A stretch of DNA of 64,000 nt from an uncultured Pelagibacteraceae bacterium (GCA_902536765.1 CACAYM010000005.1:14725-78724); one strand, 5' to 3'. Positions 44,880-54,857 are shown, counted from the first letter of the stretch. Program-made: numbers and translations. The notes: generated by a model from the letters alone, not told the origin.

Positions 44880-45638
44880 TTAGTTAGATTGAAGATCGTC
44901 CCAATCGCTATCATCTTGTGTATTTGTGATTTTACTAGAATTGTGAATTTTTTGCTTTCTATCTTGCAAATATAAGCTTCTTACTGAAGCGTAGAAGTCC
45001 ATTGAATTCTTTTCTAAGTTATCAAAAGCCTCAATATTTTTAGATCTAAAATTAATTCCATCCGTTCCTTTTGAAACGTAGTAATCAGAGTCTTTAAAGT
45101 ACTGAGTATCATTCTTTACCGTTATGTTGTACCACGGGTCTCCACCTAAAAAACTTGTTAGAGTTCCAATCGTATCTCTAGCTGTTGATGGGCCTAAAAT
45201 TGGTAGCACCAAGTAACAACCTTCTCCAACACCCCATTTACCAAGTGTTTGTCCATAATCTTCTTTCTTATAATCTTTTACTAATCCCATTTGTTGAGCA
45301 ACATCAAAAATTCCAAATATACCAATTGTTGTATTTATACTCAGTCTAGCTGTATTTAATCCAGCAGCTTTCAAATCTCCCTGAAGGACATTGTTTGGGA
45401 TAGTCACAAGATTTGATAAATTGCTTAGTACATTACTAGTTCCTTTTCTTATTGGCATCGGTAATTTTCTATATCCTTTAGAAACGGGTTCAACGATAGC
45501 CTTATCCAAACCTTGATTAAAAGCAAAAGTGGCTCTATTTAAACCTTCAAAACAGTCTTTGACTTCTTCGGCATTTGATTTACTAAAGTTACCAATAATT
45601 AAAAAAGAGACCAATAAAATACTTAATGTTTTTTTCAT
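44880..45638 (-). CDS. mlaA: MlaA/VacJ family protein
   Basis: FEGLNRATFAFN, INTTIGIFGIFD, EDYGQTLG.WG, YLVLPILGPST.RD. Confidence 0.92.
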   Translation of the reverse strand: MKKTLSILLVSFLIIGNFSKSNAEEVKDCFEGLNRATFAFNQGLDKAIVEPVSKGYRKLPMPIRKGTSNVLSNLSNLVTIPNNVLQGDLKAAGLNTARLSINTTIGIFGIFDVAQQMGLVKDYKKEDYGQTLGKWGVGEGCYLVLPILGPSTARDTIGTLTSFLGGDPWYNITVKNDTQYFKDSDYYVSKGTDGINFRSKNIEAFDNLEKNSMDFYASVRSLYLQDRKQKIHNSSKITNTQDDSDWDDLQSN

Positions 45639-45708
45639 ATATATATAAGCTTTATTATTTGAGTATATATATTATTAAGTATAAAAAAAGTTAAAAAAAG
45701 CGTGATAT

Positions 45709-46422
45709 ATGCTCAATAATTTCACAAAAATTTACTCACCAAATTTTGAAACTAATAAGAGAAGAGAAAAAAACATTAAATTCATAATTATACACTACAC
45801 TGGTATGGCAAAGGAGAAAGATGCTATTAATAAATTGATATCTCCAAATTCTAGAGTAAGTTGTCATTATTTTATAACAAATGCTGGTGAAATCATAAAC
45901 TTAGTACCTGATTTATATATTTCGTGGCATGCCGGTAAATCGAGCTGGAAAAAAACTAAAATGTTGAATTCATGTTCTATTGGTATTGAAATTTCTAATC
46001 CAGGGCATGATAATAAATATAATAAATTTAAAAAAAAACAGTTACAGTCCTTAATTTTTCTAGTTTCTTATTTAAAAAAAAAATATAAAATTAAGAAAAG
46101 TAATATTCTAGGACATTCAGACATAGCTCCTGATAGAAAAAAAGATCCAGGAGAAAAATTTCCCTGGAAATTAATGTATAAAAAAAATCTCGCGATTTGG
46201 CATAATATAAAAGAGAAAAAATTAAAAAAAAAAAGGAATGAAAAATGTAACAAATTAGAAATACTTAGATTCTTCGAAAATTTAAAAAAAATTGGTTATA
46301 ATTCAAGTAATAAATTATACATAATTAAAGCTTTTCAGAGAAGATTCAGACAAAAATTGGTTAATGGAATAATTGATAAAGAATGCCTATTTATAAGCAT
46401 TTCATTAATTAAAAAAAAATAA
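45709..46422 (+). CDS. N-acetylmuramoyl-L-alanine amidase (Amidase_2)
   Basis: IIHYTG, VSCHY, SWHAG, SIGIE, GHSDIAPDRKKDPG. Confidence 0.93.
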   Translation: MLNNFTKIYSPNFETNKRREKNIKFIIIHYTGMAKEKDAINKLISPNSRVSCHYFITNAGEIINLVPDLYISWHAGKSSWKKTKMLNSCSIGIEISNPGHDNKYNKFKKKQLQSLIFLVSYLKKKYKIKKSNILGHSDIAPDRKKDPGEKFPWKLMYKKNLAIWHNIKEKKLKKKRNEKCNKLEILRFFENLKKIGYNSSNKLYIIKAFQRRFRQKLVNGIIDKECLFISISLIKKK

Positions 46423-46458
46423 ACATTGAAATTTTCATAAATTAAACTAAATGTTTAG

Positions 46459-46813
46459 TGCCAGATAAATGACTTATCGCTTTATTTTTATAAAGAGGAA
46501 AGTCCGGGCTCTGCAAAGACACGGTGCCAGGTAATACCTGGCGGGGGTAACCCTAGGGATAGTGCCACAGAAAATAAACCGCCTTAACGAGGCAAGGGTG
46601 AAAAGGTGTGGTAAGAGCACACCGGCTAAGTTGGTAACAGTTAGCGCATGGAAAACCCCACCGGGAGCAAGACCAAGTAGAGATGACACAGTTTTATACA
46701 AAAAACGGTCTTTGGTTAGTCATCAGGGTTGGTTGCTTGAGCTTAAAAGTGATTTTAAGCCTAGATAAATGATAAGTTTAAACGACAAAACCCGGCTTAT
46801 AGTTTATCTGGCA
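46459..46813 (+). ncRNA. rnpB: RNase P RNA, bacterial type A
   Basis: GAGGAAAGTCCGGGC, AGTGCCACAGAAA, GGTAAGAGC, GAGCAAG, ACAAAACCCGGCTTA; P1 pairing TGCCAGATAAA/TTTATCTGGCA; amidase-rnpB-mraZ order. Confidence 0.97.
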
Positions 46814-46901
46814 ATTTCAAAACTCACCCCCCTCTATAAAGTTACAAAACAGTGAAATTCATCTCATAATACCAAATTAATTTAATCATAAAAATAATAT
46901 G

Positions 46902-46964
46902 TTGACGTGTAGGTTGAAAACCCATAATATCCCATAAATTCCCAATTATGGGATTTTAAAGGGA
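46902..46964 (+). promoter_or_regulatory. mraZ/dcw promoter with MraZ-type TGGG repeats
   Basis: TTGACG (46902-46907)-N17-TAATAT; CCCA at 46921, 46931 and 46941 (10-bp period, minus-strand TGGG), then TGGGA at 46949 and AGGGA at 46960. Confidence 0.7.
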
Positions 46965-46980
46965 AAAAAGGTTATGAATT

Positions 46981-47436
46981 ATGTTTTTATCTACTTACGA
47001 AAACAGAATAGACAAAAAAGGGAGGGTATCAGTGCCTGCGTCTTTTAGATCTTATCTTTCAAATTTAGGCTATAATGGGGTTGTATGTTTCCCCTCATTC
47101 AATAACCAATCAATTGAAGCTTGGACTCAAAATAGAATTGAAAAAATTTCAAATAGTATAGACGCACTTAATCCTTTTGAGGAAAAAAAAGATTTTTTTG
47201 CTACATCAATACTTGCTGAAAGTATTAATTTACAGTTTGATAGTGAAGGAAGAATCTCGCTACCATTAAAATTACTAAATCATGCTAAAATTAAAAATAG
47301 CATGTTATTTGTTGGCCAAGGACATACATTCCAAATTTGGGAGCCAATTTCATTTGAAAAATTTAAGGCCCAAGCAAGAAAAAAATCTAATATAAATCGA
47401 GCAAGCCTTAAATGGGAAGAGATGGGTAAAAAATAA
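46981..47436 (+). CDS. mraZ: Division/cell wall cluster transcriptional repressor MraZ
   Basis: IDKKGRVSVPASFR and FDSEGRISLP (two AbrB-like DxxGR motifs), FQIWEP. Confidence 0.96.
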   Translation: MFLSTYENRIDKKGRVSVPASFRSYLSNLGYNGVVCFPSFNNQSIEAWTQNRIEKISNSIDALNPFEEKKDFFATSILAESINLQFDSEGRISLPLKLLNHAKIKNSMLFVGQGHTFQIWEPISFEKFKAQARKKSNINRASLKWEEMGKK

Positions 47437-47624
47437 TGAGAAAAATGGAACAAATTATTTTAATGCAAAAGATAGAAAATCTACAAAATAATTGTTTAAC
47501 CGCTATGGAAAAAACTATTAAAGGTACTTGGGCATATAATTTTTGGACTGACACTTTTGACAAATTAGAAAAAAACTACAAATCAATTAAAAATGGAGAG
47601 GTGAGAAATGAGTATAAATTTTAA
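47436..47624 (+). CDS. Small hypothetical protein (62 aa) between mraZ and ftsZ
   Basis: TAATG overlap with the mraZ stop; spans the whole 171-bp gap and overlaps the ftsZ start by 17 nt. Confidence 0.6.
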   Translation: MRKMEQIILMQKIENLQNNCLTAMEKTIKGTWAYNFWTDTFDKLEKNYKSIKNGEVRNEYKF

Positions 47625-49041
47625 GGCACCAGATATAAAAGAGCTTAAACCAAGAATTCTAGTATTAGGTGTAGGTGGTGCAGGCGGAAATGCAATTAAT
47701 GAAATGATAGAAAGTGGTGTAGAGGGAGTTGAATTTATTGCGGTAAACACTGATGCCCAAGATCTTAAAGCCAGCAAGGCAAAACAAAAAATTCAAATTG
47801 GTTTAAATTTAACTAAAGGCCTCGGGGCTGGTGCTAAACTAGAAATCGGACAAGCAGCTGCAGATGAATCTTTAAATGAGATAATTGATTTATTAAAAGG
47901 TGCAAATATGGTTTTCATTACTGCTGGTATGGGTGGAGGAACAGGTACTGGCGCCGCCCATGTTATAGCTCGAGCAGCAAAAGAGTTGAACATTCTAACC
48001 GTTGGAGTAGTTACTTTGCCTTTTCTTTATGAGGCACCTTCAAGGATGAGAAGAGGACAACAAGGTTTGGAGGAATTAAGAAAACATGTTGATACTATAA
48101 TTGTAATTCCTAATCAAAATTTATTTAAAATTGCAAATGAAAAAACTACTTTTAAAGAGTCATTTAAACTATCTAATAATGTTTTGCGATATGGAGTTCA
48201 AAGTATTACAGATTTAATGGTTAAAGAGGGCCTAGTTAATTTAGACTTTGCAGATGTCGAGACAGTCATGAGTTCAATGGGTAAAGCAATGATGGGAACA
48301 GGAGAAGCAGAAGGAGAAGGTAGAGCGCAGAAGGCAACCGAAATGGCTTTAAACAATCCTCTAATTGACGATTATTCTCTTAAAGGTGCAAAAGGTCTTC
48401 TTATCAATATAACCGGTGGTGAAGACTTAACTTTGTTTGAAGTAGACGAAATAGTGAATAGAATTAGATCTGAAGTCGATCACATTGCAGAAATAATAAT
48501 TGGTTCAATTACAGACTCATCTTTAGATGGTAAAGTTAGAGTTTCAATTGTAGCAACAGCTTTAGATGGACAACAACCAGAGTCTAAATCTGTAATAAAT
48601 ATGGTACACAGAATTCAAAATAGAAATCCAGGCTACTCTGATTTTTCAAAAATGGGAACATCTCAATCTTTCAATTTTCAGCATAATACATCCAATCATA
48701 TAACAGATGGTGCAACAGCGCTGAAATCTGAGACAGACACATTAAAAGAAAATATCTCTGAGCAAGAAATTGATGAAAGTATTAATATTAATTCTGACAT
48801 TGGAGCAGCAGAAAGACTTATGGATGATCAGGAAGAAAGTTTAATATTAAAAAACGAAATTGAAGAAACTAAAACTGAAACAAATGGTTTGGAAAATTTT
48901 GGTTTAGAACATGATACACCAGATTTATTTACAAATAATCCTTACGAAGATAACCCAGAACACACCATGATTGCTGAGGATGAAAATTCTGAGGAGGATG
49001 AATTTGAAATACCGGCATTTTTAAGAAGACAAAAAAATTAA
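47608..49041 (+). CDS. ftsZ: Cell division protein FtsZ
   Basis: [18 protein letters not shown] tubulin signature, NLDFADV, acidic linker, C-terminal EIPAFLRRQ; SD-like GGAGAGGTGA. Confidence 0.99.
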   Translation: MSINFKAPDIKELKPRILVLGVGGAGGNAINEMIESGVEGVEFIAVNTDAQDLKASKAKQKIQIGLNLTKGLGAGAKLEIGQAAADESLNEIIDLLKGANMVFITAGMGGGTGTGAAHVIARAAKELNILTVGVVTLPFLYEAPSRMRRGQQGLEELRKHVDTIIVIPNQNLFKIANEKTTFKESFKLSNNVLRYGVQSITDLMVKEGLVNLDFADVETVMSSMGKAMMGTGEAEGEGRAQKATEMALNNPLIDDYSLKGAKGLLINITGGEDLTLFEVDEIVNRIRSEVDHIAEIIIGSITDSSLDGKVRVSIVATALDGQQPESKSVINMVHRIQNRNPGYSDFSKMGTSQSFNFQHNTSNHITDGATALKSETDTLKENISEQEIDESININSDIGAAERLMDDQEESLILKNEIEETKTETNGLENFGLEHDTPDLFTNNPYEDNPEHTMIAEDENSEEDEFEIPAFLRRQKN

Positions 49042-49059
49042 TGATCTTCATAAAAATAG

Positions 49060-50067
49060 ATGAATGCCACCATTTTACCGAATAGTGAAAAACATTATCC
49101 GGTACTGCTAAAAGAAATTCTTAGCATTATTTCCCCTCAAAATGGTGGCACACTAATTGATTGTACTTTTGGTCAGGGAGGTTATTCCAAGGAATTTTTA
49201 AAATTTCAAAAAATAAATATTATTGCAATTGATAGAGATCCTGAGTGTAAAATTATTGCTCAAAAAATTAAACAAACTTATAAGGAACGATTTTCCTTTT
49301 TTAATAAAAAATTTAGTGAGATAAACAATGTTAGAAACGAAAATTCTAAAGTTAAGGCAATCATATTTGATCTAGGATATTCCTATACTCAAATTAAAGA
49401 TCCAAATAAAGGCTTAAGTTTTGAAAATAAAGGTAAATTAAATATGAGGCTAGGTTTAAATAATTTTTCAGCTAATGACGTTATAAATAAGTTAGGTCAA
49501 AAAGATCTTGAACTTATATTTAAATATTTTGGTGAAGACAAAGACAGCAGAATTATCTCAAAAAGAATTGTGGATCAAAGACTTAAAAATAATATAAATA
49601 CTGAAAGACTTGTAAGTATTATTAACTCTGTAAAAAAAAAAAGTAGCAGAATACACAATGCAACAAAAATTTTTCAAGCTATTAGAATATTTGTTAATAA
49701 AGAGATAAGTGAACTAATTTATGGCCTCATCAATTCAGCAAAAATCTTAGATGTCAACGGTATACTTCTAGTTGTTTCATTTCATTCCCTAGAAGATAAA
49801 ATAATTAAGTATTTTTTTAAGAGTTTGTCTGAAGACAAAAAAATTTCAAGATATTATCCAGAGGAAAAAAATCAAAATAAGTTATTTGAATTAAGATCAA
49901 AAAAACCTATATACCCAAGTCATCAGGAAATAAATATTAATAGACCCTCTAGATCTGCAAAATTAAGATATGCAATAAAAAAAAAAAATATAATTAATTT
50001 TGAAACAGATTTTATTAAAAAGTTTTCGAAACTTCTAGAAATTGAAAAATTATCTGAAAAATTATGA
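49060..50067 (+). CDS. rsmH: 16S rRNA m4C1402 methyltransferase
   Basis: HYPVLLKE, DCTFGQGG, FQAIRIFVN.E, SFHSLEDK, NRPSRSAKLR. Confidence 0.96.
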   Translation: MNATILPNSEKHYPVLLKEILSIISPQNGGTLIDCTFGQGGYSKEFLKFQKINIIAIDRDPECKIIAQKIKQTYKERFSFFNKKFSEINNVRNENSKVKAIIFDLGYSYTQIKDPNKGLSFENKGKLNMRLGLNNFSANDVINKLGQKDLELIFKYFGEDKDSRIISKRIVDQRLKNNINTERLVSIINSVKKKSSRIHNATKIFQAIRIFVNKEISELIYGLINSAKILDVNGILLVVSFHSLEDKIIKYFFKSLSEDKKISRYYPEEKNQNKLFELRSKKPIYPSHQEININRPSRSAKLRYAIKKKNIINFETDFIKKFSKLLEIEKLSEKL

Positions 50068-50336
50068 AAAATTTTGTAATCGTATTTAGTTTTATTTTTT
50101 TAATTTTATTGACAGCAATTACTAAGACTTCATCAAAAAAAATTGAGGAAAAAATATTTGTTATAAATGAGAGTATTAGTACATTAAAAGATACATATGA
50201 TTTAGTTTATCTCGAATATACGTATTTAAGCAATCCATCAAGATTGGTAGACATTTTGAAAAATGATAAAAATGAGGAATATATTCATCTTGATGCTTCA
50301 AAATTAAAAACCATATTGAAAAAAAATGACAAATAA
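50064..50336 (+). CDS. ftsL: Cell division protein FtsL-like
   Basis: N-terminal TM plus coiled coil (EYTYLSNPSRL), located between rsmH and ftsI. Confidence 0.7.
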   Translation: MKNFVIVFSFIFLILLTAITKTSSKKIEEKIFVINESISTLKDTYDLVYLEYTYLSNPSRLVDILKNDKNEEYIHLDASKLKTILKKNDK

Positions 50337-52011
50337 TAAAGAGAAAAAAATTTATCTTGTCGATTATGATGATGAATTTTCTTTTTCTAAAAAAATACAT
50401 AAAAAAAATATTTCATTTAATAGGATAGCTTTTATTTTTTTCTTTTTTTTATTTATTTCACTAGTATTTTCAGTAAAGATTTTTTATTATGGGTCTATAT
50501 CTGAAAAAAAATTATCACAAACTAAAATTAATCAAGAAAATTATATAAGATCTGACATAATTGATATTAATGGAAATTTATTAGCAAAAACAGTTTTTAC
50601 AAAAAATGTTGGAATAAATCCCAAACATGAGAAAGATAAAAAAAAACTGTTTTTAAAATTGAAGCTTTTATTTCCTGAACTAGATATTGAAACTTTTAAT
50701 AATAAATTTGAGAAAGAAAAATTTTTTTATATTAAAAAAAAATTAACACCAGAAAAATATAATCAAGTTCGATTATTGGGAGAAAAATCAGTCATTACTG
50801 AACAAAAAATTACAAGAATATATCCACATGAAAATTTATTCAGTCACGTGCTAGGTCAAATCGATGATGATAACAATGGTATTTCGGGTTTAGAAAAATC
50901 TTTAGATGAAGAACTCAAAAAATTAAATAAAAAAATCCAGTTGACCTTGGATACAAATATACAATTCTTAATTAGAAATGAATTGATTAAATTTGAAAAA
51001 ATTTTTCAATCCAAAGGTAGTGCTGCTTTATTGATGAATATAAATAGTGGAGAAATTCTATCTTTAGTTTCACTACCAGACTATAACATTAATATGCGTA
51101 AGGAAATTATAGATAAAAAATTTATTAATAGAGTAACAAAAGGTGTTTATGAGTTAGGTTCAATATTTAAAACTTTTACGATAGCAGGGGCTTTAAATGA
51201 AAAAATAATTAAGACTAATACAAACTTTGAGGACTTACCAAAATCTATCAAATGTGCAGGAAGAAAAATATCTGAATATGATATGGATATTCCATCTACA
51301 CTAACAGCAGAGCAAATTTTAATTAGATCTGGTAATATTGGATCAGTTAGAATTGCTCAAAAAATGGGAATTGAAAAAACTAAAAGTTTTTTAAATTCCT
51401 TAAATCTTTTAAGTACGATTGATTTTGAATTGGATGAAATGGGTAAACCATTGCCTTTGAAATGGGGTAAGTGCAAGTTAGCAACAGTTTCATTTGGTCA
51501 TGGAATATCAACAACACCTTTGCAAGTTGCTACTGCATACGCAATTATTTCTAATGGAGGGTATAAAATAAAACCAACATTATTAAAAAAAGAAATAAAA
51601 ACTAAAAAGGAGCAAATCTTAAATAAAGATGTTTCATACAATATAAATTCCATTTTGCGAAAAATTGTTTCTACAAAAGAAGGGACAGCAAATTTAGCTA
51701 ATGTAGAAGGTTATAGTGTTGGTGGTAAAACTGGAACTGCGCAAAAAATAGAAAATGGCATTTACACAAAAAATAAAATAAATACCTTTGTATCAATTTT
51801 TCCAACCAACAAACCTAAATATGTATTTTTGGTATTATTAGATGAACCTAAGACAAACAGTGAATATGTTTATAGTTATAGAGATGGTAGTGGAATTAAG
51901 TATAAAGGAACTCCATTTAATACCGCAGGCTGGACTACAGTTGAAGTTGCAGGCAAAATAATAGAAAAAATTGGGCCTATTTTAGCCACAAAATATGGCG
52001 ATTTTTATTAA
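50326..52011 (+). CDS. ftsI: Penicillin-binding protein 3 (septal transpeptidase)
   Basis: TM anchor, SxxK (GSIFK), SxN (SGN), KTG motifs. Confidence 0.95.
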   Translation: MTNNKEKKIYLVDYDDEFSFSKKIHKKNISFNRIAFIFFFFLFISLVFSVKIFYYGSISEKKLSQTKINQENYIRSDIIDINGNLLAKTVFTKNVGINPKHEKDKKKLFLKLKLLFPELDIETFNNKFEKEKFFYIKKKLTPEKYNQVRLLGEKSVITEQKITRIYPHENLFSHVLGQIDDDNNGISGLEKSLDEELKKLNKKIQLTLDTNIQFLIRNELIKFEKIFQSKGSAALLMNINSGEILSLVSLPDYNINMRKEIIDKKFINRVTKGVYELGSIFKTFTIAGALNEKIIKTNTNFEDLPKSIKCAGRKISEYDMDIPSTLTAEQILIRSGNIGSVRIAQKMGIEKTKSFLNSLNLLSTIDFELDEMGKPLPLKWGKCKLATVSFGHGISTTPLQVATAYAIISNGGYKIKPTLLKKEIKTKKEQILNKDVSYNINSILRKIVSTKEGTANLANVEGYSVGGKTGTAQKIENGIYTKNKINTFVSIFPTNKPKYVFLVLLDEPKTNSEYVYSYRDGSGIKYKGTPFNTAGWTTVEVAGKIIEKIGPILATKYGDFY

Positions 52012-52016
52012 TACAA

Positions 52017-54857
52017 ATGCTCATTGGAAATTATTTTAAAAAAGTAAAACCTGAATACAAAAAACACTATTTTTCAGGAATAAATTTTAATAGCCGTTTA
52101 TGTAAAAAAGATAATATTTTTTTTGTTATAAAAGGAAATCGTACTGATGGAAATAAATTTATTAAAGATGCAATTGGCAAAGGTGCGAAAACGATTATTC
52201 ATGATAAAAAATTTGAGGGGTTTAAAAATGGAATTTTATATTTAAAATTCACAAATGTAAGAAAAACACTTGCAGAAACATCATATAAAATATTTAAAAT
52301 AAAAATACCCAATTTAATAGCAGTTACTGGTACTAATGGAAAAACTTCGATTTGTGATTTTTATTTCCAAATTTTAAACTTAAATAAAAAAAAAGTTGCA
52401 TCTTTAGGAACCCTAGGTGTTAAAACTCAATCAGAAAATTTTACAGCAACTAATACAACCTTGGATCCTTTGCAACTTTCAAAATATCTAGAATATTTAT
52501 CTAATAAAAAAGTAGATAACATAATTCTTGAAGCATCTAGCCATGGACTAAAACAGCATAGGTTAGATGGTTTAAAGTTTAATAAGGGAATATTTACAAA
52601 TTTATCACATGATCATTTAGATTATCATAAAAATTATAATGATTATTTAAATGCTAAACTCTACCTTTTCAAATATTTATTATCCAAGAAAGCAACAGTC
52701 ATAACTGATAGGGATATTCCAGAGTATAAAAAAATTTTAAAAATATCTAAGGAAAAAAAAATTAATCTAAGATCAATATCTAAACAAAATGGAAAAATAA
52801 AGATTTTAGAACATAAATTTATTGGTGAAAAGCAATTTTTAAAAATTAAATATAATAATTCAAAATTTTCTTTTTATTTAAACTTGATAGGAAAAATACA
52901 AATTAAAAATTTATTTATGGCGATTTTAGCTGCAGAAAATAAAAGCCTTAAATTTAAAAAAATTATCAAAGTCCTAAATAAAATAAAACCAATTAATGGA
53001 AGATTAGAAAAAGTAGGAAAACTTAAAAATAATGCTATTTGTATATTAGATTATGCCCATACTCCCGATGCATTAAATTTATGCTTGAGTAATATAAAAG
53101 AACAATTTGGTAAAAAAAATATATCAATTGTTTTAGGTTGTGGTGGAAATAGAGATCGTTCAAAAAGATCAATAATTGGAAAAATAGCTAACAATTATTG
53201 TAACAGAATTTATCTTACTGATGACAATCCAAGGAACGAAAATCCAAAAAAAATACGTAATGAAATAAAAAAAAATATCAAAAGAAATAAAATTTTTGAA
53301 ATCTCAGATAGAAAAAAGGCTATAGTGAGTGCTGTAAACAATTTAAATTCTAATGATATATTAATTGTAGCTGGAAAAGGCCATGAAAATATTCAAGATT
53401 TTGGTAAAAGGAAAATTTTTTTTTCTGATAAAAATATTATTTTAAATTCAATTAGACTTAAGAATAAATCTCTTTCGAGTAATTTAAAAGTAAATATTTT
53501 AAAAGAACATAAAGAAGCAAAAAAAGTAAATAATCTAATTAAGTTAAATAAAGCATCAATTAACTCAAAAGATATAAAAAAAAATGATATTTTTTTTGCA
53601 ATTAAAGGAAAAAAAAATGATGGTAATAAATTTATTTCGGAAGCAATCAAAAAAGGAGCATCTATTGTTGTAACTGATAAATCGATAAGAGAAATAAATA
53701 GTAAAAATGTAATTAAAGTAAAAAATAGTTTAGATTTTATGACAAAAATATCATCTAGTATAAGAGATACCTATCCAGGTCAAATAATTGGAATTACAGG
53801 AAGTTGTGGAAAAACTACATTAAAAGAATTGTTAGCAAATTGTTTGAATAAATTTGGAAAAGCAAGCTATTCTCCAAAATCCTATAACAACAAATACGGC
53901 GTACCATTGAGTTTATTTAATTTAAATATAAATAACAACTATGGGGTATTTGAAATTGGAATGGACAAAAAAGGGGAAATAGATTTCTTATCAAGAATTG
54001 TCAAACCTAATATTGGAGTAATAACAAATATTTCATATGCGCACGCAAAGAATTTTAAAAGCATTACAGATATTGCAAAAGCTAAGGCGGAAATAATTAA
54101 TAATATTAAAAAATATGGCTCTATTATTCTAAATGCCGATGACAAATTTTTCTCTATTCATAAAAAAATAGCAAAAAAAAGAGGATTAAACATTGTATCC
54201 TTTGGTTATTCTTATAAATCAGACGTAAAATTTTTAAAATTAAAAAAATTAAGAAACCATTATAAGATTGAAGTCCAGATTTTTGATGAACTTAAAAAAT
54301 TTGAAATAAGATATAAATATAAAAATTATATAAAAAATATCTTATCAGCTTTGGCTGTTTTATATATCTTAAAAATTACGAAAAATTTGACGTCTAATTT
54401 TTTTAAAAATTTTTTAATTCCTGAAGGAAGAGGAAATATATCAAAAATTAAATTTAAAAATAAAAAATTTTTCCTGATTGATGAAAGTTATAATTCAAAT
54501 CCACTTTCATTATCTAGTGCGATATCAAATTTCAGTAATATAAGCATTAAAAGTGAAAAAAAGCACTTTTTAATGGGAGATATGCTTGAACTTGGAAAAC
54601 ATTCAAAAAAACTTCATAAGGACATGTCAAATATTTTAAACAATTCCAAAATTAATAAAATTCATATTTATGGCAATGATGTAGCTGAAACATTTAAAGG
54701 TATAAAAAAAAAAAGAAAAGGTAGAATTTTAAGAAAAATATCGGATATTTATGATTTGATTGTTAAAGATTTAAATAATAATGATTATTTGATGGTTAAA
54801 GGATCAAATTCTACTGGCTTAAATAGAATAGTCGAAACACTAAGAGGAAGTATTTAA
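52017..54857 (+). CDS. murE-murF: Bifunctional MurE-MurF fusion ligase
   Basis: MurE half: TGTNGKTS, DYAHTPD, DNPR (mDAP), GKGHE. MurF half: TGSCGKTT, NNKYGVP, DESYNSNP, GDMLELG, VKGS. One uninterrupted 946-aa frame. Confidence 0.93.
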   Translation: MLIGNYFKKVKPEYKKHYFSGINFNSRLCKKDNIFFVIKGNRTDGNKFIKDAIGKGAKTIIHDKKFEGFKNGILYLKFTNVRKTLAETSYKIFKIKIPNLIAVTGTNGKTSICDFYFQILNLNKKKVASLGTLGVKTQSENFTATNTTLDPLQLSKYLEYLSNKKVDNIILEASSHGLKQHRLDGLKFNKGIFTNLSHDHLDYHKNYNDYLNAKLYLFKYLLSKKATVITDRDIPEYKKILKISKEKKINLRSISKQNGKIKILEHKFIGEKQFLKIKYNNSKFSFYLNLIGKIQIKNLFMAILAAENKSLKFKKIIKVLNKIKPINGRLEKVGKLKNNAICILDYAHTPDALNLCLSNIKEQFGKKNISIVLGCGGNRDRSKRSIIGKIANNYCNRIYLTDDNPRNENPKKIRNEIKKNIKRNKIFEISDRKKAIVSAVNNLNSNDILIVAGKGHENIQDFGKRKIFFSDKNIILNSIRLKNKSLSSNLKVNILKEHKEAKKVNNLIKLNKASINSKDIKKNDIFFAIKGKKNDGNKFISEAIKKGASIVVTDKSIREINSKNVIKVKNSLDFMTKISSSIRDTYPGQIIGITGSCGKTTLKELLANCLNKFGKASYSPKSYNNKYGVPLSLFNLNINNNYGVFEIGMDKKGEIDFLSRIVKPNIGVITNISYAHAKNFKSITDIAKAKAEIINNIKKYGSIILNADDKFFSIHKKIAKKRGLNIVSFGYSYKSDVKFLKLKKLRNHYKIEVQIFDELKKFEIRYKYKNYIKNILSALAVLYILKITKNLTSNFFKNFLIPEGRGNISKIKFKNKKFFLIDESYNSNPLSLSSAISNFSNISIKSEKKHFLMGDMLELGKHSKKLHKDMSNILNNSKINKIHIYGNDVAETFKGIKKKRKGRILRKISDIYDLIVKDLNNNDYLMVKGSNSTGLNRIVETLRGSI

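Noticed and set aside
45637-45674. Two (AT)n tracts in the mlaA/amidase divergent gap
   Set aside because: Low-complexity symmetry expected at this AT content; no independent support for a function.
46420-46457. Inverted repeat TAAACATT/AATGTTTA between the amidase and rnpB
   Set aside because: An AT-only 8-bp stem with a 22-nt loop is too weak for a terminator and is more likely the rnpB promoter region.
46474-46768. Two short ORFs (46474-46701 minus, 46562-46768 plus)
   Set aside because: They lie inside RNase P RNA; its higher GC content leaves frames open by chance.
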